Shown here: positions 1 to 9,762 of the stretch, in pieces
Layout of the letters: each line of letters begins with the position of its first letter
How positions within the stretch are numbered: position 1 is the stretch's first letter
Assembly (NCBI GenBank): GCA_964614405.1
Contig: CAZTLS010000012.1
Location: 1,678 to 65,677 of the forward strand
From: an uncultured Pleurocapsa sp.
GTDB taxonomy: Bacteria > Chloroflexota > Anaerolineae > Aggregatilineales > Phototrophicaceae
Length of the DNA: 64,000 bases
Reading direction: 5' to 3'
Translations under genes and position numbers: made by a program
Notes under the pieces: generated by a model
The model's input: the letters and a program-made list of their open reading frames with translations, nothing else
Database searches by the model: none
What the model was told of the DNA's origin: nothing

Positions 1-717
1 GTGCTGGCAGGGCGCGAGCGCGTGCCGCTGGTCACCGCCGCGACCAGCATCGTCGTCGAGCGACTCATCGACGTGGTGGTGTGCGTGCTGCTGCTGGCGA
101 TCGGCATTGCGCGCGTGCCGGATGCTCCGCCGATCATCGCCCAGATTGCGCTGGGATTCGGGGCAGCAGCGGTCATCGCGTTCGCTGTGCTGGTGGGGCT
201 GTCGCGCGCGCCGGCGCTGGCACATCGGCTGCTGGGGTGGGTGGAGGCGCGCCTGCCCTTCACCGCCAGGTTCAACCTGACGCGCCGCGCCGATGAGGTG
301 TTCGACGGGTTGCGCCCGTTCAGCCAGCCGCGTCGCGCCGCAATCGCCCTGTTCTGGACAGCGGTCGGCTGGGGCGTCTCGATCGTCTCATTCTGGTCGC
401 TGGAGCGGGCGATCGACGTGCAGGGCGTCGATCTGCTCACCGGGTCGATGCTGGCGGTGGCAATGGCGTCGTTCAGCATCGCTATCCCGATCAGCGTGGC
501 GGCGATCGGACCGTTTCAGGGCGCGGTGCGCGTGGCGGGGGATGCGGTCGGCATGGCGGCGGCGGACTCGACCGCACTGGGCTTCATCTTTCACGGCGTG
601 TCGATCGTGGGCTATGCCCTCTTCGGCGTGATCGGGCTGATCCGCGTCGGCGTCAGCCTGCGCGATGTGGTGCGCCGCCCGGCTGACGAGACGATCAAAA
701 CTGCGCAGCCATCGTGA
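1..717 (+). CDS. Lysylphosphatidylglycerol synthase-like / UPF0104 flippase-like membrane protein (5'-truncated by window edge)
   Basis: Multi-TM hydrophobic ORF with ERLIDVVV and IPISVAAIGPFQ (P-x-x-G-x-G-x-F/Y-like) motifs typical of this family. Confidence 0.7.
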   Translation: MLAGRERVPLVTAATSIVVERLIDVVVCVLLLAIGIARVPDAPPIIAQIALGFGAAAVIAFAVLVGLSRAPALAHRLLGWVEARLPFTARFNLTRRADEVFDGLRPFSQPRRAAIALFWTAVGWGVSIVSFWSLERAIDVQGVDLLTGSMLAVAMASFSIAIPISVAAIGPFQGAVRVAGDAVGMAAADSTALGFIFHGVSIVGYALFGVIGLIRVGVSLRDVVRRPADETIKTAQPS

Positions 718-804
718 AGATTTTTCACGGCACATGGGTGTATAATGAACTGAAAATCAATTCTACATCGAGATCGGCAAGACAGATCAAGGTTCTCCTC
801 ACCT

Positions 805-1905
805 ATGAACAGCGTTTTCCCGCCTGTTGACGAAATCCGGTTCCTCGAAGGCTTGTTCGACCGCACGCACGATGCGGTGTTCATCGTCGGGCTGGATATG
901 TACATCATCATGGTCAATCAGGCGGCGGTGGACATGATGGGATACACCCGTGAAGAGCTAATCGGGATGACGACCAGCGAGATAATCCCGCCGGAATATA
1001 TCGACGCTTCCAACGAGAACATCCGCCGCCTGCTGAATGGTGAGCGCCTCGATCCGTTCGAGCGGGTGCTGATGCGAAAAGATGGCTCGCGCTTTCCGGC
1101 GGAGGTCAGCACGCAGTTGGTGTATAACCATCAGGGCGCGCCGCACTACTTTCAAAACATCGTGCGCGACATCACCGCCCGCAAAGCTGCCGAACATCAG
1201 TCGCTTGAGCTGGCGCTGGAGACAGAGCGTAGCCGCATCCTGACCGAGTTCATCATGGCGGCATCGCACGAATTTCGCACGCCCCTCAGCCAGATCAACA
1301 CCAGCCTGCACATCCTCAAGCGCATGAATGATAACCCGGCACTGCTGAGCCGCGTCGGGCAGATTCAGCAGAGCGTGGATCGGGTGAGCGATCTGGTCAG
1401 CCGGATGCTGCTGCTGGTGCAGTTGGAGAGCGGCGTCGAGCGGCATGTCGTTCCGCTGGACGTGCCGGACATGCTGTACGATGTGGAAGTGAGCCACACG
1501 CTCAACCTGAGCAGTCATCAGGTGCAGATCGTGCGCTGCATCGAACCCGATCTGCCGCGCATCCGGGGTGATGCGCGTGGGCTGCACGTCGCCCTGCGCG
1601 AACTGCTCGACAACGCGATCAAGGCGTCGCCGCCGGGCGGTCTGATCGAGATCGGCGCGCGCCTTCAGGGGGAATTTGTCGTCATCACCCTGCGCGATGA
1701 GGGGGCGGGGATTGCCGAGGATCACCTGGAACACATCTTCGCCCGCTTCTACCGTGCCGACAAAAGCCGCAACCGCCCAGGTTTCGGCTTGGGTTTGTCG
1801 ATCGCCAAACTGGTCGTCGATCAGCACAACGGCATCATCGATGTGCAAAGCGCCCCAGGTGAAGGTTCGACATTCCGCGTGCTGCTGCCCCGCCTGCACG
1901 AATAA
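805..1905 (+). CDS. PAS-domain sensor histidine kinase
   Basis: PAS (DAVFIVG..MVNQAA..MGY), H-box ASHEFRTPL, N-box ELLDNAIK, G1 DEGAGI, F-box FARFYR, G2 GFGLGL. Confidence 0.93.
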   Translation: MNSVFPPVDEIRFLEGLFDRTHDAVFIVGLDMYIIMVNQAAVDMMGYTREELIGMTTSEIIPPEYIDASNENIRRLLNGERLDPFERVLMRKDGSRFPAEVSTQLVYNHQGAPHYFQNIVRDITARKAAEHQSLELALETERSRILTEFIMAASHEFRTPLSQINTSLHILKRMNDNPALLSRVGQIQQSVDRVSDLVSRMLLLVQLESGVERHVVPLDVPDMLYDVEVSHTLNLSSHQVQIVRCIEPDLPRIRGDARGLHVALRELLDNAIKASPPGGLIEIGARLQGEFVVITLRDEGAGIAEDHLEHIFARFYRADKSRNRPGFGLGLSIAKLVVDQHNGIIDVQSAPGEGSTFRVLLPRLHE

Positions 1906-1988
1906 AGCGGGACGGGCGTTCCAGCCCGCCTCAGGATGCGGTACACTCGTGCCTGTGTCCCGTCCATCGTGCATCGAACTGCTGACCT

Positions 1989-2936
1989 GTGACTGAACCG
2001 ATCCGCCCTGCACGCCACAGCGCGCCCAAACGCTTCATCCTGCTGCATTTCACCTGTGTGGCGCTGGTCAATCTGGTGCTGTTCGCGGGGGGGGCGTTCC
2101 AGCCGCTCGCCAGCGCGACGGGCGGCTTGATCACCGGTTCGCTGGTGGCGAATGTCATCTTCCTGATCGTGCTGGTCACGTGGGTGATGCTGGTGGATGG
2201 CGATCTGCGCCTGACGGACATCGGCATCCGCTTTGCCGGGCTGCCGTTCGCGCTGGCGGCGTCGGTCGCTCTGTGGCTGGTGGCGCAGATCATCCACGCC
2301 ATCGCCGGGCTGCTGGCGCACGGCGTCATCCAGCCCGCCTGGGTGTGGAACAGCGCCGGGGCATACATCCTGATCGGCGGGCTGCTGGCACAGGTATTCG
2401 GCAATGCGCTCTTCGAGGAGATCGCCTATCGCGGGTTCCTCTTCCCGCAGGTGTATCTGCGCCTGACGGGGCTGGAAGAGCTGAACTGGATTCGGCTGAT
2501 CGCCGCTGTGCTGATCTCGCAGAGCGTGTTCGCCCTGTCGCACATCCCCAATCGACTCTATCTGGGCATGACGCCCGAAGCCATCGTCGTCGATCTGGGG
2601 GTGCTGCTGGGGATCGGCGTCTTCTTCACCGTGCTGTACCTGTATACCGACAATCTGTTCCTGCTCGTCGGTATCCACGCGCTCGGCAATGCGCCGACGA
2701 CCTGGTTTCGCACCGCCCCTTTTCTGGAAGGGGCGGGCGAGTCGCTGCTCATCTACGCGCTGGTCATCGCGGCGTGCTGGGCTGCCTGGTGGGGCGGGCG
2801 GCGGCTGCGCGCGCTGCATGACGAATGGTCTGTTCACACCGGGATGGACGATCTGATATATCATGAGGGTGATTTTCAGGATCAGCCCGGCGCGGCGGAT
2901 GGCACGGGCATCCTGCACCCGCCAGCAAAGGACTAA
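1989..2936 (+). CDS. CPBP (Abi/CAAX) family intramembrane glutamic endopeptidase
   Basis: FEEIAYRGFL, FALSH and HALGN motifs in a multi-TM protein; GTG start. Confidence 0.85.
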   Translation: MTEPIRPARHSAPKRFILLHFTCVALVNLVLFAGGAFQPLASATGGLITGSLVANVIFLIVLVTWVMLVDGDLRLTDIGIRFAGLPFALAASVALWLVAQIIHAIAGLLAHGVIQPAWVWNSAGAYILIGGLLAQVFGNALFEEIAYRGFLFPQVYLRLTGLEELNWIRLIAAVLISQSVFALSHIPNRLYLGMTPEAIVVDLGVLLGIGVFFTVLYLYTDNLFLLVGIHALGNAPTTWFRTAPFLEGAGESLLIYALVIAACWAAWWGGRRLRALHDEWSVHTGMDDLIYHEGDFQDQPGAADGTGILHPPAKD

Positions 2937-2939
2937 CGG

Positions 2940-4343
2940 ATGAACGATCGCAATTCGCTTCCCGATGATTTCGACCCGTTTGATGAGGTGCTGGGCGAAG
3001 CGCTGGATACCTCCGATCGGCTGGCTGCCAGCCCCGCCGCCGTCGATCGCGGGCGTACCGAACGCGGTGAACTGGAACCGCGCCCGGATCGCGCCCGCTT
3101 TCAGCGCAAGCCGAAAGCGCCGAAGCAGCCGAAAGCGCCCAGAGCGCACAAGCCGAAGCCGCCCAAACCCGCGCGCCGCAAACCGGACGACGACGACGAC
3201 ATCGATCTGGCGCTGTTCGCCGATACCCAGGATGATGACCTGCTGGACGACGACGCGCCCCGCGCCCCGCGCCGCCCGCGCATCGGCGGGGTGGACATGG
3301 GCGCGGTCATTGGCGGCTTCGTCGAGGTGGCATTCACCGCCGTGCTGATCGCGCTGGTGATGCTGGTGATCGGTGCGGTGCTGGTCATCGCCGGGCGCGC
3401 GCTGGGCGTGCTGCCAGGCGGCGCGATCGATTTTGCAGCGCTGACGAGCGGTGCATCCGCCGTCGTCGCGCCGCAGCCTGTGCGCCCCGCTGCGACCAGC
3501 GCGCCCGGTGCGGCTGCTGTCCAGCCGACCGCACCGCCCGCCGTCGTCGGCGATGCGGTCATCCAGCTTCTGCTGGCAACTGCCACGCCTGTTCAGGCTG
3601 CCGTCGTCTGCCGCGACCAGGATCGGGCGGCGTGGTGGGCGAGCATCGCCGCTGCCTACCGCCCGTTCACCCGCCTGACGCCCGCATCGGTGCAGGAAGA
3701 GCGCAACCCAGGCGCGCTGATCGAGCGGCTGAACATCTACCGCGCAGTGGTGGCGGATGCTCAGGTTCCCGGCATGGATGCGAGCTGCGTGAGCGCGGCG
3801 CGCGCCGCCGTGCTGGAATACATGGACGCCAGCATCGAACGGGTGCGCGCGCTGACCACACCCGGCGGCGTGCCGTCCGACGTGCTGCGCGCCGCTGAAG
3901 CCCGCCTGACGCGCACTGACGCCGCCATCACCGCTGCGCTGTGGGAAGTGGGCGCGCTTCAGGAAGCCGACTCGCCCGTCGCGCTGGGGATCACGCGCGG
4001 CAGCGGAGTGGCGTGCGGCGCGGTCGGCTGGTACACCGCCGTCGAGTCGCTGCGCCAGCAGTTCGACACCTTTGCCGCCCAGATCGACGTGGCGACGCAG
4101 CCCGCCACGACCGTGCGCGGACTGATCAGCGACATGCAGGCGGTGGCGGGCAATGCTGACGCGCTCGATGTGCCCGCCTGTGCCGCCACGCCGAACGCCC
4201 TGCGCGCGGCGATCATGAACGAGACGATCGCGGCGTATCAGGCGCTGCTGGTGGGGCAGCGCGCCAATGCCGATGCCGCCCTCGCGCGCGCCGGGGCAGC
4301 CGAGGCGCGCTACCGCGCATGGCAGGTGTGGCTGGTCGGCTAG
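2940..4343 (+). CDS. Hypothetical single-pass membrane protein with low-complexity N-terminus
   Basis: Long ORF in operon-like spacing; acidic and Lys/Pro-rich N-terminus, one TM helix, Cys-containing helical C-terminal region. Confidence 0.7.
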   Translation: MNDRNSLPDDFDPFDEVLGEALDTSDRLAASPAAVDRGRTERGELEPRPDRARFQRKPKAPKQPKAPRAHKPKPPKPARRKPDDDDDIDLALFADTQDDDLLDDDAPRAPRRPRIGGVDMGAVIGGFVEVAFTAVLIALVMLVIGAVLVIAGRALGVLPGGAIDFAALTSGASAVVAPQPVRPAATSAPGAAAVQPTAPPAVVGDAVIQLLLATATPVQAAVVCRDQDRAAWWASIAAAYRPFTRLTPASVQEERNPGALIERLNIYRAVVADAQVPGMDASCVSAARAAVLEYMDASIERVRALTTPGGVPSDVLRAAEARLTRTDAAITAALWEVGALQEADSPVALGITRGSGVACGAVGWYTAVESLRQQFDTFAAQIDVATQPATTVRGLISDMQAVAGNADALDVPACAATPNALRAAIMNETIAAYQALLVGQRANADAALARAGAAEARYRAWQVWLVG

Positions 4344-4352
4344 AAGGCGCGT

Positions 4353-5006
4353 TCAGCCTTCGACCCCGGCGCGCTCTGCCCAGACGATGAAGAGCGGGTC
4401 GCCGCCCTGCCCCCACAGGGCGGCACGGCGCTCGCTCGCCCAGGCGGTGATGTTCGCCCAGCCGCCCGCCGCCTCGAAATAGCGCGTGACCAGCGCCATG
4501 TGCCCGGCATCGTTGAGCGACAGCCAGACGTTGACCGCCTTGCTGGGGAAACAGCGGTTGCTGAACGCCACGATGAAGCGACCGCCAGGCTTCAGCACGC
4601 GCCGCACTTCCTCGAACACCGCGATCGGCTGGGTGAGGTACTGCACGCTGACGGTACACACCGCTGCGTCGAATTCGGCTTCGGCGAAGGGCAGGCGCGG
4701 ATTGCGGTTGAGGTTCTGCACGATGTGCCCGGTGAGCTGCGGGTTGTCCGCCATCTCGTCGGCGTTCATCCCCAAGCCGACGACGCGCGCCGGGGCGACC
4801 TCGTCCGGCAGGTGCGAGCGCCAGCTCGACATCAGGTCGAGGATCGCTGCGCCGCGCGGCAGCAGCAGCGCGAACTGATCGCGCAGCGCGGCGATGGCGC
4901 GGTCATCGATATGCACCACTTTGCGCGGTTGTGCGTAAAAGAGGTCATCATCCCGTTCATCCTGTTTGCGAAAGAATTCCGGCGGAAAGGCGGGGTGCGC
5001 TTTCAT
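4353..5006 (-). CDS. Class I SAM-dependent methyltransferase (type 11)
   Basis: ILDLMSSWRSH, VVGLGMNADEM, YLTQP, FSNRCFPSKA motifs of a conserved bacterial/plant methyltransferase family; start chosen at MKAHPAF. Confidence 0.85.
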   Translation of the reverse strand: MKAHPAFPPEFFRKQDERDDDLFYAQPRKVVHIDDRAIAALRDQFALLLPRGAAILDLMSSWRSHLPDEVAPARVVGLGMNADEMADNPQLTGHIVQNLNRNPRLPFAEAEFDAAVCTVSVQYLTQPIAVFEEVRRVLKPGGRFIVAFSNRCFPSKAVNVWLSLNDAGHMALVTRYFEAAGGWANITAWASERRAALWGQGGDPLFIVWAERAGVEG

Positions 5007-5186
5007 GGGTGTGCGCGTTTCCTGATTTATGAGGTCGATGCGCATCAGCATAGGGCATCTGCATGAGCGTTGGATTGGGGATCGGCTGGAAAAGTGGGAA
5101 CCTGTCGTGCAGACCAGATACAATCATCGTGGACAAAATCCCCCATGTCCTGTAATGGCGTCCCTATCTGATGAGGTGCAGTGTTC

Positions 5187-5573
5187 ATGATCCCCAAATC
5201 GCATATCGACCTGCTGGAAAACCCGGTGACGGTGGCGCTCGTCACCCTGATGCCGGACGGCGCGCCCCAGGTGACCCCCGTCTGGTGCGACTACGCCGAC
5301 GGTTTCATCCGCGTCAACACCGCGCGTGGGCGGCAGAAGGATGAGAACCTCACGCGCGATCCGCGCGTGGCGGTGCTGGCGATCGACCCGACCAATCCCT
5401 ACCGCTGGATGGAAGTGCGCGGCGAAGTGGTGGACTCGACGGAAGAGGGCGCGGAAGACCACATCGACGCCCTGTCACATCAGTACTACGGGCGCGGCTT
5501 CAGCTTTCAGCCGGGCGAGGTGCGGGTGATGTACCGCATCCGCCCGCTGAAGGTCAACCACAGCCGGACGTGA
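5187..5573 (+). CDS. PPOX class F420-dependent oxidoreductase
   Basis: LVTLMPDGAPQVTPVW, NTARGRQK..NL.RDPRV, EVRG motifs. Confidence 0.88.
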   Translation: MIPKSHIDLLENPVTVALVTLMPDGAPQVTPVWCDYADGFIRVNTARGRQKDENLTRDPRVAVLAIDPTNPYRWMEVRGEVVDSTEEGAEDHIDALSHQYYGRGFSFQPGEVRVMYRIRPLKVNHSRT

Positions 5574-5657
5574 CCTCCGCTGCGCGCCGGGTTGCCCGAT
5601 CCGGCGCGCAGCATACCGGACAGGCAGCAGGCATGTTTTACAGGGAGGGGTGAGGCG

Positions 5658-7124
5658 ATGAGCGAGGTGATCTGTGCGCGCTGCGGCGCACCCATGACGT
5701 TGAACGTCCGCGATGGCGTATTCATCTGCCCGGCGGGTCACCGCCGTTTTGAGACGCTCGATGAAGCGAAAGCCAGGCTCGCCGGGCAGGAAGCGCGCTC
5801 CGCTCGCCCGCTGGCGTATGGCGGTGTGCTGCATGTGCGCGCCCGCTCGCTCTACGAGACGGCGCTCGACCATCTGTGGCGCAAAGAGACGGAGCAGGCG
5901 CTCGACGCCCTGCGCGATGCGCTCGACGTGCAGCCCGATTTCACCGACGCGCATCTGATCATCGCCGAAACCGTCACCGATCCCGCCGTCAAACGCCACC
6001 ACCTCGAACTGCTGCTGGCGCACGACCCAGGCAATGCTGAAGGCATCCGCCAGATGCTGCTGCTCGAAGGCAGGCTCACCCACGAAGAGGCGGAGCGCAG
6101 CCGGGCAAACGGCGTACCCGTGCTGCGCCGCGCCGAAGCGGTCAAAGCGACCACGCGCGTCCTCGAATGCCCGGTGTGCGGCGGCGCGCTGACGCTCGAC
6201 GAGGACAACCGCCGTGTCTTCTGCCGCTTCTGCGGGCACACCGCGCCGCTGCCTGCCGTCGTCGATGACGGGTCTCAGACGATCGGCGTGGCGCAGATTC
6301 AGCGGGCGGCGCGCGGCGTCGTCTGGGAGATCGGCGGTCATGTCCAGCACTGCAACAACTGCGGAGCCGACCGCACCGTCCCGCCTGGGCGCATCAGCGG
6401 GACGTGCCCGTTCTGCGGATCGACCGCTGTCATCGTCGCCGACGCGACCGGGTCGCTGGAGCAGCCGGACGCGCTGCTGCCCTTCGCCCATGACGCTGAA
6501 CACGCCAAAGACGCCATCCGCGAACGGCTGCGCGGCGTTGATGAGCGGCTGTACACGCTGAACGCGGGCAACAAAGTGGCAGAGGCGCAGATCGAGGGCA
6601 TCTACCTGCCGTTCTGGGTGTACGACGCCGTGCTCGACGTCACCCGCCGCGTCACGATCACCCATCCTGGGCGCACGGGCAGCGCCCGCCCCGTCACACT
6701 CATGGACGACGCCAGCCGATTTCAGGATGGGGTGATCGGGGTCGCTGTGCCCGCCTTCACTACCCCGCCCGCTGTGCTGATCGACGCCATCCTGCCGTTC
6801 ACCCCTGCCGACGCCATACCGTATGATCCCCGCCTGCTGGCGCGCCACCCCGCCGCGCTCTACACCGTCGATTTTGAGCGCGCGGCGCTGACCGCGCGGA
6901 GTCGCGCTGCCGAGATCACGCGCGGTCGTTTCAGCACGAGTGACAGCCCGCACAAGCGGGTGAGCGTCTCCGCCTTCGTGCAGCAGATGACGTTTCGCCT
7001 GATGCTCTTTCCCGTCTGGATCGCCGTACTGACCGAGCGCGATGGCGACCGCCGCCTGGCGCTGGTCAATGGACAGACCGGGCGCGCTGCCATCGGCGCA
7101 CCCTCACGCCCCGAAAAAGGATGA
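5658..7124 (+). CDS. Multi zinc-ribbon / TPR-like hypothetical protein
   Basis: CARC..CPAGH, CPVC..CRFC and CNNC..CPFC ribbons, a TPR-like helical segment, and C-terminal YLPFWVYD and VNGQTG motifs. Confidence 0.7.
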   Translation: MSEVICARCGAPMTLNVRDGVFICPAGHRRFETLDEAKARLAGQEARSARPLAYGGVLHVRARSLYETALDHLWRKETEQALDALRDALDVQPDFTDAHLIIAETVTDPAVKRHHLELLLAHDPGNAEGIRQMLLLEGRLTHEEAERSRANGVPVLRRAEAVKATTRVLECPVCGGALTLDEDNRRVFCRFCGHTAPLPAVVDDGSQTIGVAQIQRAARGVVWEIGGHVQHCNNCGADRTVPPGRISGTCPFCGSTAVIVADATGSLEQPDALLPFAHDAEHAKDAIRERLRGVDERLYTLNAGNKVAEAQIEGIYLPFWVYDAVLDVTRRVTITHPGRTGSARPVTLMDDASRFQDGVIGVAVPAFTTPPAVLIDAILPFTPADAIPYDPRLLARHPAALYTVDFERAALTARSRAAEITRGRFSTSDSPHKRVSVSAFVQQMTFRLMLFPVWIAVLTERDGDRRLALVNGQTGRAAIGAPSRPEKG

Positions 7125-7128
7125 CTCA

Positions 7129-8742
7129 ATGGATTTTCGACCGATGCGTTTCGACTTTCTCTCCCGCCGCTCGCCCGTCCACGCCAGGCGCGGCATGGTC
7201 GCCAGCAGCAACCCACTGGCGTCGCAGGCGGGGCTTGCCGTGCTGCGCGCCGGGGGCAATGCCGCCGACGCCGCCGTCGCTGCCGGGGCAGTGCTGAACG
7301 TCACTGAACCGGCTTCGACCGGGATCGGCGGCGACATGTACGCCCTCTTCTACGATGCGCGGACGCGCCAGGTGAGCGCGCTCAACGGCAGCGGGCGCGC
7401 CCCGGCAGCGCTGACCATCGAGGTGGTGCGGCGGGCGGGGCATGACGCCATCCCCACGCGCGGCGCGCACGCCGTCACCGTCCCTGGCGCGGTGGCGGGC
7501 TGGGTCGATCTGCTGGCGCGTCACGGCACGATGCCGCTGTCCGCCGTGCTTGCCGACGCCATCCACTACGCCGAAGACGGCTATCCGGTGCATCCGGTGT
7601 TCGCCACCGGGTGGGAGCGGGCCGCGCCCATCCTGAGCGCGGGCGATTACCTCCCCGGCGGGCGCGCCCCACGCGCGGGCGAGATCGTCCGCCTGCCCGA
7701 CCTGGCGCGGACGCTGCGCGCCATCGCCGAGGGCGGCACGGCGGCGTTCTACACGGGCGCGATCGCCCAAGCCATCGCTGAGACGGTACAGGCGATGGGT
7801 GGCGTGCTGACCGTCGATGACCTGGCGGCGCACCGCTCGACGTGGGACGCGCCGATCAGCACGACCTATCGCGGGGTGCGCGTGTGGGAATGCCCGCCCA
7901 ACGGTCAGGGCATCGCCGCGCTTCAGGTGCTGAACATGCTCGCCGGGGACGACCTGGCGTCGATGCCCTGGGATTCGCCGGAGCGTCTGCATCTGCTCGT
8001 CGAGGCGATGCGCCTGGCGTTCGCCGATGCGCGCCAGTATGTGGCGGACATGGCGACCGACCCCGCGCCGATCGCGGGGCTGCTCTCGCGCGAGTACGCC
8101 GCCGCCCGCCGCGCGCGCATCACGCCGGACCGCGCCATGCAGCCGCCGTCTTACGGGATGCCGCCCGCCGGCTCGGACACGGTGTATCTGAGCGTCGTCG
8201 ATGGCGCGGGCAACGCCTGCTCGTTCATCAACAGCCTGTACATGGGCTTCGGGACGGGCGTGGTGGCGCGCGGCACAGGCATCATGCTGCACAATCGCGG
8301 GGCGCTCTTCTCGCTCGACCCGGCACACCCGAACGCGCTCGCGCCTGGCAAGCGCCCGTATCACACCATCATCCCGGCGCTGGCGACGCGCGACGACGCG
8401 CTCTACGCCTGCTTCGGCGTCATGGGCGGGTTCATGCAGCCGCAGGGGCATGTGCAGGTGGTGACGGCGCTCATCGACGACCTGCTCGACCCGCAGGCAG
8501 TGCTCGACCGACCGCGCTGGTGTCTCGACTCTGGCAGCGGGGAGAGCGACCTGTGCCTGGAAGAGGGCATCCCGGTCTCGACGATGGCGCGGCTGGCGGA
8601 ACTCGGTCATCGGGTGCGCCCGGTGAGCGGGCACGGGCGCGGGGTGTTCGGCGATGGTCAGGTCATCGTGCGCGATGGCGAGACGGGCGCGCTGGTCGGC
8701 GGCAGCGACCCGCGCAAGGACGGGCTGACGGCGGGGTATTGA
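7129..8742 (+). CDS. ggt: Gamma-glutamyltransferase
   Basis: GGNAADAA, EPASTGIGGD, nucleophile segment DTVYLSVVD, PGKRPYHTIIP, GVMGGFMQPQG, GGSDPRKDG. Confidence 0.95.
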   Translation: MDFRPMRFDFLSRRSPVHARRGMVASSNPLASQAGLAVLRAGGNAADAAVAAGAVLNVTEPASTGIGGDMYALFYDARTRQVSALNGSGRAPAALTIEVVRRAGHDAIPTRGAHAVTVPGAVAGWVDLLARHGTMPLSAVLADAIHYAEDGYPVHPVFATGWERAAPILSAGDYLPGGRAPRAGEIVRLPDLARTLRAIAEGGTAAFYTGAIAQAIAETVQAMGGVLTVDDLAAHRSTWDAPISTTYRGVRVWECPPNGQGIAALQVLNMLAGDDLASMPWDSPERLHLLVEAMRLAFADARQYVADMATDPAPIAGLLSREYAAARRARITPDRAMQPPSYGMPPAGSDTVYLSVVDGAGNACSFINSLYMGFGTGVVARGTGIMLHNRGALFSLDPAHPNALAPGKRPYHTIIPALATRDDALYACFGVMGGFMQPQGHVQVVTALIDDLLDPQAVLDRPRWCLDSGSGESDLCLEEGIPVSTMARLAELGHRVRPVSGHGRGVFGDGQVIVRDGETGALVGGSDPRKDGLTAGY

Positions 8743-8915
8743 TCGCAGGGTGAATGCCGCTCATTCCTGCGTCGGAGCAGTCAGGCGGTCTGGCGTCACG
8801 CTGCGCCGGGTCAGGGTCGGCTGACCTGGCTGCGTCGTGGTAAGCATTCACCCACCAGCCGCGTCTGTGGAGACGTATGATGACGGTCACTCCGATTATG
8901 AAAAAAGGGAAGTTG

Positions 8916-9692
8916 ATGTCCGACCCATTCCTGACCCTGACCGATGACACGCTGGACGAAGTGCTGATGAGCGATCGCCCGGTGATGATCCTGCTCACCA
9001 ACGGCGATGGCTTGCGCGGCGATTTCAGGACCGCCTTCAACAAAGCCGCTGCTGAGCGATCGGGCGGGGCGGTCTACGCCTACCTCGACCCGACGAAGAA
9101 CCCCCGCGCTGCTCAGCGCTTCGGGGTGGGCGACAAGCCGCTGCTGATCGGCTGGTACTGCGGCGAGGAAGTGCTGCGCCGTCCCCGACCCTGGGGCAGC
9201 GACCTGCCGCTGGCGCTGGAGCAGTTGCAGACGAGTGTGAAGGCGCGCACGCCCGATGGCGGCGCGATGAGCGATGATGACGCAAAGGATACGAACATGA
9301 CTGACACGGCGAACAAGCCGAGTGTGGTGTACGATGCGCCCGTCAATGTGACGGACGCCACGTTTGAAGCGGAAGTGCTGGACAGCGACCTGCCCGTGCT
9401 GGTCGATTTCTGGGCGGCGTGGTGCGGTCCGTGCCGGCAGGTCGCCCCGGTGCTGGACAAGCTGGCGAAGGAATTCGCCGGGCGGATCAAGATCGCCAAA
9501 GTGGACGTCGATGCCAACCCAGGCTTGTCGCAGGTCTTCCGCATTCAGAGCATCCCCAACCTGATGGTCGTCAAGAACCGCACGATCATCTTCAACCAGC
9601 CAGGCGCGCTGCCCGAACCGTACATGCGCGATCTGGTGCAGCAGGCGATCGATGTGGTCGTGCCGCCGCCCAAACCGCAGGTGGTCAAGTAA
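8916..9692 (+). CDS. Thioredoxin with an additional N-terminal CxxC-less thioredoxin-like domain
   Basis: C-terminal domain VDFWAAWCGPC..SIP; N-terminal domain has thioredoxin-like spacing (LTLTDDTLDEVLMSDRPVMILL) without the CxxC motif. Confidence 0.88.
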   Translation: MSDPFLTLTDDTLDEVLMSDRPVMILLTNGDGLRGDFRTAFNKAAAERSGGAVYAYLDPTKNPRAAQRFGVGDKPLLIGWYCGEEVLRRPRPWGSDLPLALEQLQTSVKARTPDGGAMSDDDAKDTNMTDTANKPSVVYDAPVNVTDATFEAEVLDSDLPVLVDFWAAWCGPCRQVAPVLDKLAKEFAGRIKIAKVDVDANPGLSQVFRIQSIPNLMVVKNRTIIFNQPGALPEPYMRDLVQQAIDVVVPPPKPQVVK

Positions 9693-9718
9693 GGGCATCA
9701 CGCCTGTATCAAAAACCG

Positions 9719-9757
9719 ATCCCCCTCAAGCCGCATGGCATGAGGGGGATTTTTTTT
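9719..9757. terminator. Intrinsic terminator between convergent genes
   Basis: ATCCCCCTCA...TGAGGGGGAT hairpin followed by a T-run, with an A-run upstream. Confidence 0.8.
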
Positions 9758-9762
9758 CTCCG

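Noticed and set aside
5161-5186. Hammerhead ribozyme core (CTGATGA)
   Set aside because: There is no downstream GAAA core or flanking stems; ATGAGG more likely serves as the RBS of the PPOX gene.
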